Positions 1 to 1,156 of a stretch of DNA of 1,156 bases are shown here, in pieces. The stretch lies in NCBI GenBank assembly GCA_000004985.1, contig GG739525.1; one strand, written 5' to 3'. Under the pieces are notes generated by a model. It was not told the origin of the DNA and searched no databases. It saw only the letters and a list, made by a program, of their open reading frames with translations. The number at the start of each line of letters is the position of its first letter. Positions within the stretch are counted from its first letter, which is position 1. A program made the position numbers and the translations under genes. Origin of the DNA: Naegleria gruberi. Lineage: Eukaryota.

Positions 1-361
1 TTTACGAATGGTTTTATCAGCACTTGAACTGTAAATGTAATCATTTTTAACAGCAATACCAGTTACAATATCTGTGTGTCCTCTAAAAGTTTGTAAACAT
101 TCACCAGTTTCAGCATCCCATTTACGAATATCATTATCAAAAGATCCACTATATAAGTGTTTCTTTCCGTGCAATGTCAATGATGAAATTGTTTTAGTGT
201 GACCTTTAAAGAAATGAAGAATGACTTGACGTTCAGCTGCCCATGATCTTATATCACCATCATCTGATCCTGTATAAATAACACCTTCAGGTGATGTAAT
301 CATCGCAGAAATAAACTTTCCATGTCCTTTAAAGACAAAGAGACATGATCCACTTGGATCC
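1..361 (-). CDS. WD40-repeat protein, exon 2 (partial; 3' end of the gene lies beyond the window start). Position 361 supplies the third base of a split Trp codon. The following 120 codons are open to position 1: DPSGSCLFVFKGHGKFISAMITSPEGVIYTGSDDGDIRSWAAERQVILHFFKGHTKTISSLTLHGKKHLYSGSFDNDIRKWDAETGECLQTFRGHTDIVTGIAVKNDYIYSSSADKTIRK
   Basis: I translated the reverse strand by hand. There is no stop from 360 down to 1, and a stop at 390..388 upstream in the same frame marks the exon boundary region. Three consecutive canonical WD40 blades are present, each with GH ... [ST]GS.D..IR.W[DA] and about 40-aa periodicity. Codon third positions are AT-biased, while the flanking intron is far more AT-rich. 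The six-frame track missed this ORF because it has no internal Met start and runs off the window. Confidence 0.85.
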
Positions 362-386
362 CTATTAGAATTATCATTATATACAA

Positions 387-404
387 ATTATTATTATTAT
401 TATT
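387..404. repeat. (ATT)6 microsatellite
   Basis: attattattattattatt read directly. Confidence 0.95.
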
Positions 405-407
405 ACA

Positions 408-433
408 ATTGATTGTTATAATTGATTGTTATT
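408..433. repeat. Tandem duplication of a 13-mer, attgattgttata / attgattgttatt (12/13 identical). Degenerate further copies (aaattgttat, caattgagttggtt, acattgtt, ggattgtt) extend to about 485.
   Basis: Read directly from the sequence. There are 5 exact ATTGTT in 412..482 against one elsewhere in the window (669..674). Confidence 0.85.
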
Positions 434-507
434 AAATTGTTATCAGCAATTGAGTTGGTTACATTGTTAATAATGGATTGTTTTAAAAAAGTGTGTTTGT
501 TGGTTAA

Positions 508-520
508 TAGTAGTAGTAGT
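508..520. repeat. (TAG)4 microsatellite
   Basis: tagtagtagtagt. Confidence 0.95.
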
Positions 521-536
521 ATATTAGTTGTATTGG

Positions 537-549
537 TAGTAGTAGTAGT
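537..549. repeat. (TAG)4 microsatellite, a second copy 17 bp downstream of the first
   Basis: tagtagtagtagt preceded by gg. Confidence 0.95.
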
Positions 550-686
550 GTTAATAACATTCATTATTTTGTTTACAAGTTTGGAAAGTCATATTCAAAG
601 TAGTAATAAATTAATATTATTGTAATCGTTATGAATAATGTCAAATTGAACACAAGTTTGTTGTTATTATTGTTTGATGAGTAATT

Positions 687-701
687 CATCATCATCATCA
701 T
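687..701. repeat. (CAT)5 microsatellite; reads (AUG)5 on the sense transcript
   Basis: catcatcatcatcat. Confidence 0.95.
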
Positions 702-730
702 TATTCGATAGTGGTAGAATAACAATATTT

Positions 731-741
731 CATCATCATCA
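731..741. repeat. (CAT)3+ microsatellite
   Basis: catcatcatca. Confidence 0.9.
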
Positions 742-781
742 AAATTAATTGATACAAAAAAGAACAGATGAAGAATAGGAT

Positions 782-793
782 GTTGTTGTTGTT
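782..793. repeat. (GTT)4 microsatellite; reads (AAC)4 on the sense transcript
   Basis: gttgttgttgtt. Confidence 0.95.
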
Positions 794-829
794 ATACGAA
801 AGTAATTATCACATCATCGTGATGAAACC

Positions 830-841
830 CATCATCATCAT
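830..841. repeat. (CAT)4 microsatellite
   Basis: catcatcatcat, with a further catcatc at 812..818. Confidence 0.95.
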
Positions 842-935
842 TGTATTTTCCATAGAAAAAGGAATGGTAACAAATAGATGAAATATTCACAGATTAAATT
901 ATAAGAACTAAATAATATTCGAAACAACAACATAC

Positions 936-1093
936 CATTGTCTGAGAGTCGCATCATGAGAACCAGAATAAAGCTTTCCATTGAAATATTGAAGTGTGGA
1001 AATACTCTTGGCATGTCCAGTAAATTCCTTGCTAGACTCCAACTCATCAGGTGTTGTACTCTGATCATTGTCAAATGTCAATATATTGATCAT
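936..1093 (-). CDS. WD40-repeat protein, exon 1 from the start codon (ATG at 1093..1091) to the splice donor. It encodes MINILTFDNDQSTTPDELESSKEFTGHAKSISTLQYFNGKLYSGSHDATLRQ plus the TG of a Trp codon.
   Basis: The listed minus ORF 908..1093 contains a WD40 blade, GHAKSISTLQYFNGKLYSGSHDATLRQW. The in-frame stop TAA at 1123..1121 has no AG acceptor between it and the ATG, so this ATG is the first possible start. A GTATGT donor begins at 935 immediately after ...CAA TG. Joining to position 361 gives ...RQW|DPSGS..., which is exactly the expected W-D end of a blade with the correct linker length before the next GH. Confidence 0.75.
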
Positions 1094-1131
1094 TGGCAGA
1101 TTAAATTCACAAATAAATGTTTAAATGACAT
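1090..1131 (-). other. Candidate upstream ORF in the 5' leader, MSFKHLFVNLICQ*. Its TGA stop (1092..1090) overlaps the main ATG (1093..1091) as ATGA.
   Basis: Hand translation of the reverse strand: atg tca ttt aaa cat tta ttt gtg aat tta atc tgc caa tga. Whether it is actually transcribed depends on a transcription start site that is unknown. Confidence 0.25.
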
Positions 1132-1140
1132 TTTGATGAT

Positions 1141-1149
1141 AAATTTTAT
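1141..1149 (-). promoter_or_regulatory. TATA-like element ATAAAATTT about 50 nt upstream of the start codon on the gene strand
   Basis: Sense-strand reading attatcgATAAAATTTatcatcaaaATG... An AT-rich context makes a chance match likely. Confidence 0.2.
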
Positions 1150-1156
1150 CGATAAT

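Larger units (their letters stand above)
362..935 (-). other. Spliceosomal GT-AG intron (574 nt), phase 2, splitting a Trp codon (TG|G).
   Basis: On the sense strand the donor is gtatgt (935..930) and the acceptor is ttctaatag (370..362). The interval is 75-80% A+T with microsatellites and has stops in all sense frames; read-through gives WYVVVSNII*. The exon frames are compatible only with this donor/acceptor pair. Confidence 0.7.

Noticed and set aside
356-361. BamHI site GGATCC exactly at the exon 2 boundary, with a ClaI site ATCGAT at 1148..1153
   Set aside because: Six-base sites occur by chance. Sequence on both sides is continuous native-looking genomic DNA, with a coherent ORF and AT-rich intron, and there is no vector or adaptor signature.
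422-625. Plus-strand 67-aa ORF (MIVIKLLSAIELVTLL...SSSS...VVLVVVVVL...)
   Set aside because: It lies wholly inside the intron on the antisense strand. Its length and hydrophobic or poly-S/poly-V composition come from the (TAG)n/(GTT)-type microsatellites and AT-richness. There is no domain-like pattern and no supporting start context.
808-823. Small hairpin ATCAC-atcatc-GTGAT
   Set aside because: A 5-bp stem in AT-rich repeat-derived sequence is expected by chance and has no associated motif.
387-841. Triplet repeat runs as a possible CRISPR array or prokaryotic repeat
   Set aside because: The units are 3 nt microsatellites with no repeat-spacer architecture, and the surrounding gene has spliceosomal intron structure.
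362-935. Possible intron-hosted box C/D snoRNA, since sense-strand (AUG)n runs give several UGAUGA C-box-like motifs
   Set aside because: The only CUGA (D-box) on the sense strand is at 446..443, about 250 nt from the nearest UGAUGA, and there is no terminal stem pairing. The C-box matches are a by-product of the (CAT)n microsatellites.
930-935. Yeast-type intron (GTATGT donor, 5'-proximal long intron)
   Set aside because: There is no TACTAAC branch-point sequence anywhere in the intron, so a Saccharomycetales origin is unlikely.
838-1074. Minus-strand 78-aa ORF (MTMIRVQHLMSWSLARN...)
   Set aside because: It is an alternative frame overlapping exon 1 and running into the intron. The overlapping frame carries a textbook WD40 blade while this one has no recognisable features.

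Overview
The window is eukaryotic, AT-rich DNA, roughly 35% GC in the exons and roughly 20-25% GC between them. It is not a prokaryotic accessory region: I see no CRISPR array, IS element or operon structure. One protein-coding gene lies on the minus strand and is split by a single GT-AG intron. Exon 1 (1093..936) starts at an ATG that has an in-frame upstream stop and encodes MINILTFDNDQSTTPDELESSKEFTGHAKSISTLQYFNGKLYSGSHDATLRQ plus the first two bases (TG) of a Trp codon. A donor GTATGT at 935..930 and an acceptor ...ttctaatAG at 363..362 define a 574-nt intron. Exon 2 (361..1) begins with the G that completes the Trp codon, and its reading frame stays open to the window edge, so the gene's 3' end lies off-window. 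The spliced 173 aa visible are back-to-back WD40 blades with the GH...[LY]YSGS.D.TIR.WD pattern. From memory this resembles TRAF7/WDR86/FBXW-type propellers, with only about 22 aa ahead of the first blade. The intron is crowded with triplet microsatellites: (ATT)6, (TAG)4 twice, (CAT)n three times and (GTT)4. It also holds a tandemly duplicated 13-mer that makes a local cluster of ATTGTT (sense strand AACAAT) motifs. Upstream of the ATG on the gene strand there is a 13-codon uORF whose TGA overlaps the main ATG (ATGA), and a TATA-like ATAAAATTT. None of this looks like an exotic or undescribed system. It reads as an ordinary intron-containing WD-repeat gene, and the lineage cannot be fixed from 1.1 kb. 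The composition resembles a dictyostelid, but the intron length and exon GC would also fit an AT-rich metazoan.
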